Assembly: GCA_965261975.1 (NCBI GenBank)
Contig: CBDHEC010000019.1
Coordinates: 1-50,548, forward strand
DNA: 50,548 bases
From: Alphaproteobacteria bacterium
GTDB taxonomy: Bacteria; Pseudomonadota; Alphaproteobacteria; UBA6615
Direction of reading: 5' to 3'
This document shows positions 1-9,352 of this stretch, one piece after another. The notes beneath the pieces are model-generated. The model was given only the letters and a program-made list of their open reading frames with translations. It had not been told where the DNA came from and did not search any database. The position numbers were made by a program, and so were the translations under genes. Positions within the stretch are counted from its first letter, which is position 1; the number at the start of each line of letters is the position of its first letter.

Positions 1-2
1 AT

Positions 3-2042
3 AACGCACGAGAGGCCGTTCGTGTCGGCCGCCTTGGCGAGGCACAGGAAACCTGCCGATCACTCATCGAATCCCACCCCGATCAACCCGACACCTGGTT
101 CCTGTCCGGCCTGACAGCCCTGCGCGACGGTGACGCCGATGGCGCGCATGGCTATTTGTCGCGCGCGGTTGATATGCGACGGGGATTCGCCCCCTATCGG
201 ATCGCGCTCGGGCAATCCCTTCATCGCAATGAATGATCTCGAGGGCGCCGACCAACAGTTCCGCGACGCCTGGATGCTCGACCCGCGTGGTCACGAGGCC
301 GTCTTCGGACTTGCAAGCATTCACTCGGCGAAGGGCAACCGGCCCGAGGCCACGCAGCTACAGCGGGTCGCGTTGCGCTTGCTATGGCGGAATATCGGAC
401 GTCACATCAGCCGACTGGCGTTGACCCGGATTGCCACAGTAAGCACCTTCTTCCGGTCCCTTCCCGGTTCCGGGCCGTCACGAGAATATGCGTCGGCGAT
501 GACCCTGGCACGCTGGCTCACGAAACGCGGCGATCCCAACGCCGCCTTCGCCGCATTTGAGCGTGCGCAGCGCGCGGCTCCCGACGACCCTCGTCCCCTG
601 ATCGAGCTGGGACGACATGCCTTCGACGCCGAGAATTTCCTCCTGGCCCTGGATTTCCTGACGCGCGCCCACAAGGCCGACCCCGACAATCTGGATGCGC
701 GCTGCGAATATGGCCGCGTGCTGAGCCGCATCGGACGACACGAAGAGGCCTTCGCGTTACTTGAGGACGCACACCTGAAGAACCCCGACACGATCAGGTA
801 TCTCTTGCTGCTCGGTTGGGCGCGGTATCGTGCCGGCCAAAGCCAGCGCGCAATTTCGGATTTCGATGCTGTTCTCGAACGCCAACCGACCTCGGTCGAG
901 GCACATTACGGGCGCGCCCGCGCACTGATAGACGCGGGCGACATGCCGGACGCCAAACGGTGGTTGCACCGGACCATCGCGTTGTCTCCCGGCCATGCCG
1001 GCGCCCTGCGCGAACTGGCCAATCTCAAGGACCTTGCGCCCGGCGATGCAAACTATGGGGGCCTGATTTCTGCGATCGAAGACGAGCATGCCCCCGCACA
1101 ACGCCGCGCCGTCCTTCACATGGCCGCCGGTGCAAGCTGCCTCGCCGTATAAAGGCCTATGAGGATGCGTTCGATCACTACCGAACCGGCAATCTCCTCA
1201 AGGACGTCGTCTTCGACATATCCAGTTATGCCGGACATATCGACGACCTGATCGACCGCTTCGGTCATCAACATTTCGAACGCACCAAAGGCTGGGGCGA
1301 CCCGTCCGACGTGCCGGTGTTCATCCTCGGGATGCCACGCTCGGGAACGTCTCTGGTCGAGCAAATCCTGGTCAGTCACTCGTGCGTGCACGGATCCGGG
1401 GAACGAGAGGAGATGCTTCAGCTCGCCGACCAGTTGCCCGAGCTTCTGAATGACAGCCGCGCTTACCCCGCCTGTATCGAAGGTCTTTCCGGCAGCTCAA
1501 GCAAGGATATTGCCGCGCGTTTTCTTGGATCGCTGAAACGCGCCGACCCGCACGCTGCAAGAATCACGGACAAGATGCCGGGTAACTTTCATCATGTCGG
1601 GCTGATCGCAACCCTGTTTCCCAATGCGAAAATCATTCATTGCCGCCGGGATCCGCGCGACACATGTCTGTCCATCTTCTTCGGCGATTTCGTCGGGAGC
1701 CACCCCTATTCCTACGACCTCACCAATCTGGGCCGCTATTACCGGCAGTATGAGCGATTGATGAACCACTGGCACGAGGTGCTCCCCGGGCGAATCCTGG
1801 ATGTCAGCTACGAAGACCTGGTCGAGGAACAGGAAGACTGGTCGCGCCGGCTGGTGACATTCTGCGATCTGGAATGGGAGGCGCGCTGTCTCGAGTTCCA
1901 CAAGACATCACGAAATGTGAAAACACGCAGCAATGCGCAGGTCCGCCAACCCATCTACCGCTCGTCGGTCGCGCGCTGGCGCCCTTTCGAGGCGCAACTG
2001 GGGCCGCTTTTCGCAGCCCTGCCGGCCCCGGACGAGGCTTAG
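3..2042 (+). pseudogene. TPR-repeat sulfotransferase, 5'-truncated by the window edge and split by two frameshifts (pseudogene or sequencing error)
   Basis: Frame 3 from nt 3-236 reads as TPR (GRLGEAQETCRSLIESHPDQPDTWFLSGLTAL...YRIALGQS). It shifts near 217-219 into the TPR frame of ORF 130-1152, then near 1149-1152 into the frame of ORF 816-2042. That last frame has the PAPS-binding motifs PVFILGMPRSGTSLVEQIL, TDKMPGN and IIHCRRDPRDTCLS. Confidence 0.85.
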
Positions 2043-2044
2043 CG

Positions 2045-2923
2045 CTAGTCGTTCGCCAAGAGATGCAAAAGACTGGACGTGTCCCAGCGACCGCCGCCGC
2101 GTGCCTGGACCTGCGCGTAGAATTGATCGACCAGCGCCGTCATCGGGAGGCGCGCATCATTCCTCGCGGTCTCGGACAGGCAGATGCCAAGATCCTTGCG
2201 CATCCAGTCGACGGCGAAACCGAAGTCGTACTGGCCATCGACCATGGTCTGCCAGCGATTCTCCATCTGCCATGACTGGGCGGCCCCTTTCGAGATGGTG
2301 CCGATAACCTTTTCCATGTCGAGCCCGGACTTCATCCCGAAGTTCATTGCCTCGGACAGGCCCTGGACAACGCCGGCGATGCATATCTGGTTGACCATCT
2401 TGGCAAGCTGTCCCGAGCCGCTCGGGCCGATCAGCGTGCATGCCTGGGCATAGGCATCGATCACGGGGTTTGCGCGGTCGAACGTTTCCGCCGTCCCGCC
2501 GACCATCACCGTGAGTGCGCCGTTCTCCGCACCGGCCTGGCCGCCAGAAACGGGGGCGTCAAGGAAGCCAATATCGCGCCCGGCACAGGTTTCGGCGAGT
2601 TCGCGCGCCAGATCCGCCGACGCCGTCGTGTGATCCACGAGTATTGTCCCCGCGGCCATCCCGGAAAGCGCGCCGTCGTCACCCAACACCACGCTGCGGA
2701 CGTCATCATCATTGCCGACACACACAAAAACGATATCGCGGCCCTCAGCCGCCTCACGCGGTGTCCCATGCGCCGACCCCGCACCTTCCGCGACCCAGGC
2801 CTCCGCCTTTGCACCGGTTCTGTTGTAAACGGACACCGAGTAACCCGCCGCGCGCAAATGTCCGGCCATCGGATAGCCCATCACGCCAAGGCCGATAAAC
2901 GCTGCTTTCACCTGATCTGCCAT
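2045..2923 (-). CDS. NAD(P)-dependent beta-hydroxyacid dehydrogenase (3-hydroxyisobutyrate dehydrogenase/GarR family)
   Basis: Motifs FIGLGVMGYPMA, FLDAPVSGG and GSGQLAKMVNQ. The start is moved to ATG 2923, which has AGGAAAGGGG upstream. Confidence 0.9.
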   Translation of the reverse strand: MADQVKAAFIGLGVMGYPMAGHLRAAGYSVSVYNRTGAKAEAWVAEGAGSAHGTPREAAEGRDIVFVCVGNDDDVRSVVLGDDGALSGMAAGTILVDHTTASADLARELAETCAGRDIGFLDAPVSGGQAGAENGALTVMVGGTAETFDRANPVIDAYAQACTLIGPSGSGQLAKMVNQICIAGVVQGLSEAMNFGMKSGLDMEKVIGTISKGAAQSWQMENRWQTMVDGQYDFGFAVDWMRKDLGICLSETARNDARLPMTALVDQFYAQVQARGGGRWDTSSLLHLLAND

Positions 2924-2955
2924 CTGGTCCCCTTTCCTGCCGCCCGTCGCGGCCG

Positions 2956-3771
2956 TTAATCCTGCGCGTCGTTGTCGCCCGATGCGATTACGGATTGTAT
3001 TTTTTGCCATACCTCATGGCTACGTGCCGTCAGCATATCGCCTTTCGGCTTCGTCAAATCATACCGTCCGCCGTCCAACAGCGCGTTATGCCCACCCGCC
3101 CTCGCGAACGAGAAAGCTTCCCGCCGCATGATCCCATGGCAACAGTTTCGTGTAGGCCGAAAACGCCCGCTCGCCCGATAATATCTGCACATACTCATGG
3201 CCGGCACAGCCGCGGCGGGAACACTTCGCGGACAGTTTGCGGGGCCTGCTCGGCGCGCTCGCGCAGATAACGGGCCGCTGTGCCGACAAAATCGGTCTCT
3301 GTTTCTGCCTGCCCGAGCACGACTTCTTGCCCGTCCAGGTGCACGCCATCACCGCGCGCGCCCCACCGCAAGGGTCTCCGAAACCGGCTCATAGATCCAG
3401 CCGGCCTCGACCTCGCCGGCAATGACGTAGGCGATGATCACCGCAAAGGTCGAACGACCGTTTGCGAAGTTCCAGGTACCGTCGACGGGATCGATCACCC
3501 AGACAGGGTCATCCGCCGAAAGACGCTCGAACACGGCTTTGTCGGCAAATACAGCTTCCTCGCCGACCACGGTGCTGCCCGGCACCAGGTCCGGCAGCCG
3601 CTGCGTCAGCCATGCTTCCGCCTCGATGTCGGCGATGGTGACAACCTCCCCGCCGTCCTTCTCATCGATCTCACCGTCTTTCAATGCGCGAAAACGCGGC
3701 AAGATTATCTCCGCCGCCGCGGTCACCATCAGATCCGAGACCTTTTCCATATCGGGTCGTTGATCGCTCAT
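2956..3771 (-). pseudogene. Inositol monophosphatase (FIG superfamily) protein split by three +1 frameshifts
   Basis: Motifs VTIADIEAE, VGEE, WVIDPVDGTWNF, CAGHEY and PWDHAAG lie across four consecutive ORF fragments. Removing one base at each of 3361-3364, 3217-3219 and 3099-3101 restores one ORF of about 270 aa. ATGA overlap with hflX. Confidence 0.85.
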
Positions 3772-5132
3772 GGCGAGGTCGCCCCCTGCTCCAGACGCCG
3801 ACGAAACCGCGCGACGTCGCGCGGCGCCAGGCGCACCGTAATCCGGGCGTTCTCGCCCGTATCATCCCGTTCAATGACCTCGCCCTTTTCGTACAACCAG
3901 GCCAGCGCCGCACCATCGGCGAACGAAACATCAAAGGTCTCAACGCTCTCATCGGCTGCGAGGATCTCGTCGATCCGCGCCAGCAATGCCGCGCAGCCTT
4001 CCCCGGTCTCGGCCGACAGCATCACCACATCGTCGCTATGGCGCGCCCGGTCCGCCAGAAATGCACGCTCGTCTGCATCGATCAGATCGATCTTGTTCAG
4101 AACTTCCAGCTGCGCCGGCGGCCCCTTCTTCTCGCTGTCGTCGTCGGGTCCGCGCTCGACACCCGCGAGCAAATTACCGAGGATGGCCTCGACATCCTGT
4201 TGCTGCGCCTCGGTATCCGGGTCCGCGCAGTCGCGCACATGCACGATCACGTCAGCTGCTGTCACTTCCTCCAGCGTGGCACGGAAAGCGGCGACCAGGT
4301 CTGTCGGCAGATCCGATATAAACCCGACCGTATCCGAGAGGATCGCCGTCCTACCCGACGGCAGTTCGAGTTGCCGCATCGTCGGGTCGAGCGTCGCGAA
4401 AAGCATATCCTCGGCATACACCTCCGCGTCCGTGATCCGGTTGAACAATGTCGATTTTCCCGCGTTGGTGTAGCCCGCAAGCGCGATCAACGGATACGGG
4501 ACTCGGGCCCGGGCGCGGCGATGCAGCCCGCGCGTCCGGCGTACCTGTTCGAGTTCACGTTTTAGGCGGGCGATCCTGTCATCGATCAGGCGTCGGTCGA
4601 TCTCGATCTGACTCTCGCCAGGACCGCCGACGAAACCGAACCCGCCGCGTTGCCGTTCGAGATGCGTCCAGGAACGCACGAGCCGACTTCGCTGATAGCT
4701 GAGTGCGGCCAACTCGACCTGGAGCTGACCCTCGCGTGTCCGCGCACGTGCGCCGAATATCTCGAGAATGAGCCCGGTACGGTCGATGACCTTGCACTTC
4801 CAGGCGCGTTCCAGGTTACGTTGCTGGACCGGCGTCAGCGGGCCGCCGACGATAACGAGACCTATTTCATCGGCATCGATACGGTCATGTACTTCCTCGA
4901 CCACGCCGCCACCGAAGAGGGTCGCTGGACGCGGCCGGTTCAGCAGTACCGCCCGCACACTGACGATATCGAGCGCGATCGCCCGTGCGAGACCCGCGGT
5001 TTCTTCCAGAAGCGTATCGGCGCTGCGCCCACCATGAGGATCTGCGGCACCGCGAATGACGGGCTGGAGTACCAACGTCCGTGTCGGCAGCGCGCCGGTT
5101 ACTTCGGCCGCTGAATACTCTTTGTTTCCCAA
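3768..5132 (-). CDS. hflX: Ribosome-splitting GTPase HflX
   Basis: Motifs GYTNAGKSTLFN, LFATLDPT, DTVGF, NKID and HLERQRGG; located directly downstream of hfq; TTG start. Confidence 0.97.
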   Translation of the reverse strand: MGNKEYSAAEVTGALPTRTLVLQPVIRGAADPHGGRSADTLLEETAGLARAIALDIVSVRAVLLNRPRPATLFGGGVVEEVHDRIDADEIGLVIVGGPLTPVQQRNLERAWKCKVIDRTGLILEIFGARARTREGQLQVELAALSYQRSRLVRSWTHLERQRGGFGFVGGPGESQIEIDRRLIDDRIARLKRELEQVRRTRGLHRRARARVPYPLIALAGYTNAGKSTLFNRITDAEVYAEDMLFATLDPTMRQLELPSGRTAILSDTVGFISDLPTDLVAAFRATLEEVTAADVIVHVRDCADPDTEAQQQDVEAILGNLLAGVERGPDDDSEKKGPPAQLEVLNKIDLIDADERAFLADRARHSDDVVMLSAETGEGCAALLARIDEILAADESVETFDVSFADGAALAWLYEKGEVIERDDTGENARITVRLAPRDVARFRRRLEQGATSP

Positions 5133-5141
5133 GACGCGTCG

Positions 5142-5405
5142 TTACTCTGCCGCTTCGACGTCAGCCTCGTCCGTCTCCGGCTCGAAGAGCTGGATCGGCA
5201 TCGACGGCATCACCGTCGAGATCGCGTGCTTGTAGACAAGTTGCGAGTGCGCATCGCGGCGCAACAAGACACAAAAATTGTCGAACCAGGTCACGACGCC
5301 CTGCAGTTTTACGCCGTTGACGAGAAAGATCGTGACCGGAGTTTTGTTCTTTCGAATGGTATTCAGGAATACATCCTGAACATTCTGTGACCGTTCTGCA
5401 GCCAT
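5142..5405 (-). CDS. hfq: RNA chaperone Hfq
   Basis: [29 protein letters not shown]...[11 protein letters not shown]; acidic C-terminal tail; SD GAGGT. Confidence 0.99.
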   Translation of the reverse strand: MAAERSQNVQDVFLNTIRKNKTPVTIFLVNGVKLQGVVTWFDNFCVLLRRDAHSQLVYKHAISTVMPSMPIQLFEPETDEADVEAAE

Positions 5406-5569
5406 CTTGATTACCTCAGCTTTGTTCTTGTGTTGGTTGTTTTATGTGCTGTGTGGGTTTTGTTTTACGTCACATATTTCCGGCGCATAACGACGCCTCG
5501 AACACGTGATTATATACGTTAGGCTTCCTGCACCGGATTTCCAGCCCTTGTTGCGACGATTTCGCGGTT

Positions 5570-6442
5570 TTATCCCCGGCCGAGGGCGCGCGGCGCCGAA
5601 TCCATGAATTCCGCATACCGTTCGTGCAATGCCGTGCTCAGCGAACCCGGTTTCCCGTTCGCGATGACCGTGTTGTCGATGCTCGTCACCGGCGTCACGA
5701 AATGGGACGAGTTGCTCAGGAAAGCCTCGCGCGCCTCAAGCGCCTCTTCGCGAGAGAACTTGCGCTCTTCGATCGCCAATCCCATCTCGCCGGCAATCCG
5801 AATGATCGTCTCACGCGTAATACCGCGCAGGATATCCGGTCCGGCGGGACGGGTGACAAGTGTCCCCTCGGCCGTGACGATCCAGGCGTTCGACGACGTC
5901 CCCTCCGTCACAAACCCATCGGCATCACACATCCAGGCCTCAAACGCATTCGCCTCCGCCGCAGCCTGTTTGCCGAGAATGTTCGGCAGGAGCGACACGG
6001 TCTTGATGTCACAACGGGCCCAGCGCAAATCATCGATCGTGATCACCTTCACCCCGTCATCCCGCATCTCCGCGGGAAACTCGGGGATCGGACGTACGGT
6101 CATGACCAAAGCCGGGCGGGTATCGCCGGGGAATTTATGATCGCGCGGCGCGACTCCGCGGGTGATCTGGATATAAACCAGACCCGTTGCATAGCGGTTG
6201 CGCCTGACCAGTTCCCGCATCGCCAACGCGAGCACCGGGCGTGTTACCGGCCAGGCAATCCCCAGTTCACCAAGCGAGCGATCCAGCCGATCGAGATGCG
6301 CGGCCTCATCAATAAGGCGGCCGCGGAACAGATGAATGACTTCGTACACACCATCGGCGAACTGATAGCCCCGGTCCTCGATATGTACCGCGGCATGACG
6401 ATGATCGATGTAGCGGCCGTTCACATAAGCAAAACGCGGCAC
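5570..6442 (-). CDS. dat: D-amino-acid transaminase (PLP fold IV)
   Basis: Motifs IEDRGYQFADGVYE, RWARCDIKT, EGTSSNAW and ILRGITR. GTG 6442 is 6 nt after GGAG and is preferred to TTG 6448. Confidence 0.88.
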   Translation of the reverse strand: MPRFAYVNGRYIDHRHAAVHIEDRGYQFADGVYEVIHLFRGRLIDEAAHLDRLDRSLGELGIAWPVTRPVLALAMRELVRRNRYATGLVYIQITRGVAPRDHKFPGDTRPALVMTVRPIPEFPAEMRDDGVKVITIDDLRWARCDIKTVSLLPNILGKQAAAEANAFEAWMCDADGFVTEGTSSNAWIVTAEGTLVTRPAGPDILRGITRETIIRIAGEMGLAIEERKFSREEALEAREAFLSNSSHFVTPVTSIDNTVIANGKPGSLSTALHERYAEFMDSAPRALGRG

Positions 6443-6498
6443 GGTCAACTCCAGTCATGTCCGGCGCGCGGCAGTTCGCCACCGGACGTTTGGCTTTC

Positions 6499-7875
6499 CT
6501 AAAAGAACTCCAGGCGAACCGCGAACATTCGTTCGACCTTGCGAACGGCATCCTTGGTTGCGAACAGGACAATCCGGTCACCGACATTGATCACCGTATC
6601 CTTGGTGACCATCAGCACCTGGTCATCGCGCAGGATGGAGGCGACGATGACACCCGCCGGCAGCTTCGCGTTCTTGATTGTCTTGCCGACGAGGCTCGAT
6701 GTCTCAAGCGCTTCGGCCTCAATGACCTCGCCGAAATTCTCGCCGATCGAATGCACCGAACGAATGCGGCCCCGGCGCACGATCTGCAGGATCGTCGAGA
6801 CCGTGATGACTCGCGGATTGACAACCACATCGATCCCCAGGGGCGCCAATAGCGGGTTGTAGGTGTTGCTGTTGACGAGCGTGACCGCGCGTTCGGCGCC
6901 GTAGCGTTTGGCCAGCAACGACGCCAGGATATTGACCTCGTCATCGTTGGTGATAGCCACGACCGTGCTGGCCTTGCTGACACCGGCTTCTTCCAGAATT
7001 TCCGGATCGAGCGCATCTCCGTGGATGACGTTCGTCTTGCTCAGGGCGTTGGCCGCCTCTTCCGCGCGTTCCTTGTTCAACTCGATGACGCGCGCGGTGA
7101 TGCCGGAGAAGCGCTCCTCGATATCGGCCGCGAGGCTCTGGCCGATATTGCCACCACCGATGATGATGACACGGCGCGCTTCTTGCTCCTCATGGCCAAA
7201 CGCCGCCATGGCGCGTGGGACATGCTCGGCATCGATGACGATATAGACTTCGTCACCCGGCTCCAGATGATCATCACCGCTCGGCACCATCGGTTTGCCT
7301 TCGCGGATAATGCCGACGATCGACAGCCGCAGATCCGGAAACAACGTCGTCAGCTGACGCAACGGCGTGTTGAGAATCGGGCAATCTTCTTCACAGCGAA
7401 CACCGATCAGCCGCAGCCGGTTGTTGGCCAGCGGGATCATCTCGAAAGAACCCGGCACCGTGAAACGTCGGCTGATGGCCCGGGCCACTTCGATTTCGGG
7501 CGAGATGATCACATCGATCGGCATATGATCGCGCGAAAACAGGTCGGCCCAGATCGGGTTTCGATAGGCCTGTGAGCGAACACGGGCAATTTTCATCGGC
7601 ACGTCGAAGAGCGAGTGCGCGACCTGACACGCGATCATGTTCACTTCATCGGCGAAGGTCACGGCTACGATCATGTCGGCATCACGCGCACCGGCCGCCT
7701 CAAGCACGTCGGGGTGCGAGGCGAAACCAATCATCGTGGTTACATCCAGCGTATCGCGAATGCGCCGGATCAGCTCCGGGCTTTGATCGATAACGGTGAC
7801 ATCGACACGCTCCGAGGCCAGCTCGCGCGCGATACTCGATCCAACCTGACCGCCACCACAGATAATAGCTTTCAT
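6499..7875 (-). CDS. trkA: Trk potassium uptake system NAD-binding subunit TrkA
   Basis: Two RCK domains (ICGGGQVG and IIGGGNIG); 458 aa; usual position after ntrX. Confidence 0.95.
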   Translation of the reverse strand: MKAIICGGGQVGSSIARELASERVDVTVIDQSPELIRRIRDTLDVTTMIGFASHPDVLEAAGARDADMIVAVTFADEVNMIACQVAHSLFDVPMKIARVRSQAYRNPIWADLFSRDHMPIDVIISPEIEVARAISRRFTVPGSFEMIPLANNRLRLIGVRCEEDCPILNTPLRQLTTLFPDLRLSIVGIIREGKPMVPSGDDHLEPGDEVYIVIDAEHVPRAMAAFGHEEQEARRVIIIGGGNIGQSLAADIEERFSGITARVIELNKERAEEAANALSKTNVIHGDALDPEILEEAGVSKASTVVAITNDDEVNILASLLAKRYGAERAVTLVNSNTYNPLLAPLGIDVVVNPRVITVSTILQIVRRGRIRSVHSIGENFGEVIEAEALETSSLVGKTIKNAKLPAGVIVASILRDDQVLMVTKDTVINVGDRIVLFATKDAVRKVERMFAVRLEFF

Positions 7876-7935
7876 GGGAATCCCCTGAAACCAGCCGCGC
7901 CGGGAGGCGCAGCACTCAACAGTTCGACCGTCCGA

Positions 7936-9336
7936 CTACTCCATGCCCCGAACGGTAGGCCCTTTTACGCCAAGCGACTTCAATTTGCGATGAAGTGCTG
8001 AACGCTCCATACCGATAAAAGTTGCCGTCTTCGAGATATTGCCGCCGAACCGGTTGACCTGAGCCTCGAGATACTGACGTTCAAACTCTTCGCGCGCGTC
8101 GCGCAGCGGCAACCCCAAAAACTCCGTATTCGATGAGCTTTGGAGAGCTGTCGGCGTTTTCTCCATGATCTCAGGCGGCAGCATTTCGGGACGGATGGAA
8201 TCGCTGTCATCATTCGATGACATGATCAGCAGCCACTCGATCACATTCCGAAGCTGGCGCACATTGCCGGGCCAGTTATGCGCCTGCAACGCGGTCATCG
8301 CGTCGGGCCCGATGCGGCGTGGCGGCATTCCTGCCTGCTCCGACGCGCGGCGCATAAAGTGCTCGGCCAGTTTCGGAATGTCCTCACGACGTTCCGTCAG
8401 GTTCGGCACCTCGAAAGGCACAACATTCAAGCGGTAGTAGAAATCTTCCCGGAACTCGCCCGATTCTATCTCCTCGAGCAGATCACGGGTGGTCGTCGCC
8501 ACCACGCGCACATCCACTTTTATCCGCTGACCACCGCCGACCCGCTCAAAGGTCTGGTCCTGCAGAACACGCACGATCTTTCCTTGTGTCTCGATCGGCA
8601 TGTCGCCGACCTCGTCGAGCAATAGCGTTCCGTTATGCGCCTGTTCGAACAAGCCGATCTTGCGGCCCTCGGCTTCGCTGGCTCGGCCCGACTCAACGCC
8701 AAACAGTTCGATCTCCATCCGATCCGGTGCCATCGACGCACAATTCACGACGACGAATGGCTGATCGGCACGCCGCGAACTCGCGTGCAACATGCGCGCC
8801 GCGACTTCCTTGCCCGCACCGGCCGGCCCGGTAATCAGCACCCGACTGCCGGTGGGCGCCACCTTCTCGATCCCCTGGCGCAAAGCGACGATACTGGGAG
8901 AATCACCCACCATCTCCGTTTCGGGTCCCGCGCGAAGACGGAGTTCACGATTTTCGCGTCGCAGACGCGCCGCTTCAATGGCGCGGCTGACGATCGTGAT
9001 CAACCGGTCGGTCTTGAAGGGCTTCTCGATATAGTCATATGCCCCGACCTTGATCGCCTGGACTGCGGTCTCGACGGACCCATGCCCGCTGATCATGACG
9101 ACGGGCACATTGGGGTGTTCGCGACGAATGAGATGCAGCAGCTCCATCCCGTCGAGCCGGCTGTCCTCAAGCCAGATATCCAGCACGACCAGGCTCGGCC
9201 GACGCGCGGTGATTTGCTCGATTGCCTGCTCGGCATTCGCAGCTTCGCGGGATTCGTACCCCTCATCCTCGAGCACACCCGAAATCAGAAGACGAATATC
9301 GTCTTCATCGTCAACTATGAGAATATCTTCAGCCAT
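7936..9336 (-). CDS. ntrX: Response regulator NtrX
   Basis: Receiver domain (LDIWL) plus AAA+ domain with a degenerate GAFTGA region, and an HTH (GMERSALHRKLKSLG); follows ntrY. Confidence 0.95.
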   Translation of the reverse strand: MAEDILIVDDEDDIRLLISGVLEDEGYESREAANAEQAIEQITARRPSLVVLDIWLEDSRLDGMELLHLIRREHPNVPVVMISGHGSVETAVQAIKVGAYDYIEKPFKTDRLITIVSRAIEAARLRRENRELRLRAGPETEMVGDSPSIVALRQGIEKVAPTGSRVLITGPAGAGKEVAARMLHASSRRADQPFVVVNCASMAPDRMEIELFGVESGRASEAEGRKIGLFEQAHNGTLLLDEVGDMPIETQGKIVRVLQDQTFERVGGGQRIKVDVRVVATTTRDLLEEIESGEFREDFYYRLNVVPFEVPNLTERREDIPKLAEHFMRRASEQAGMPPRRIGPDAMTALQAHNWPGNVRQLRNVIEWLLIMSSNDDSDSIRPEMLPPEIMEKTPTALQSSSNTEFLGLPLRDAREEFERQYLEAQVNRFGGNISKTATFIGMERSALHRKLKSLGVKGPTVRGME

Positions 9337-9352
9337 GCCTGACGTATCGTCC

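Noticed and set aside
130-1152. Programmed ribosomal frameshifting in the TPR-sulfotransferase
   Set aside because: There is no X-XXY-YYZ heptamer or prfB-like CTT-TGA with an internal SD, and the clustering with other homopolymer indels favours error or decay.
2924-3010. N-terminal extensions in the ORF track (also eno to 28056, pdhA to 25908, ratA to 19590, secG to 31014, VOC from 18389, methyltransferase from 35787, comEC to 45522)
   Set aside because: These are longest-ORF artefacts that overlap neighbours or promoters. Downstream starts match the family N-termini or SD sites better.
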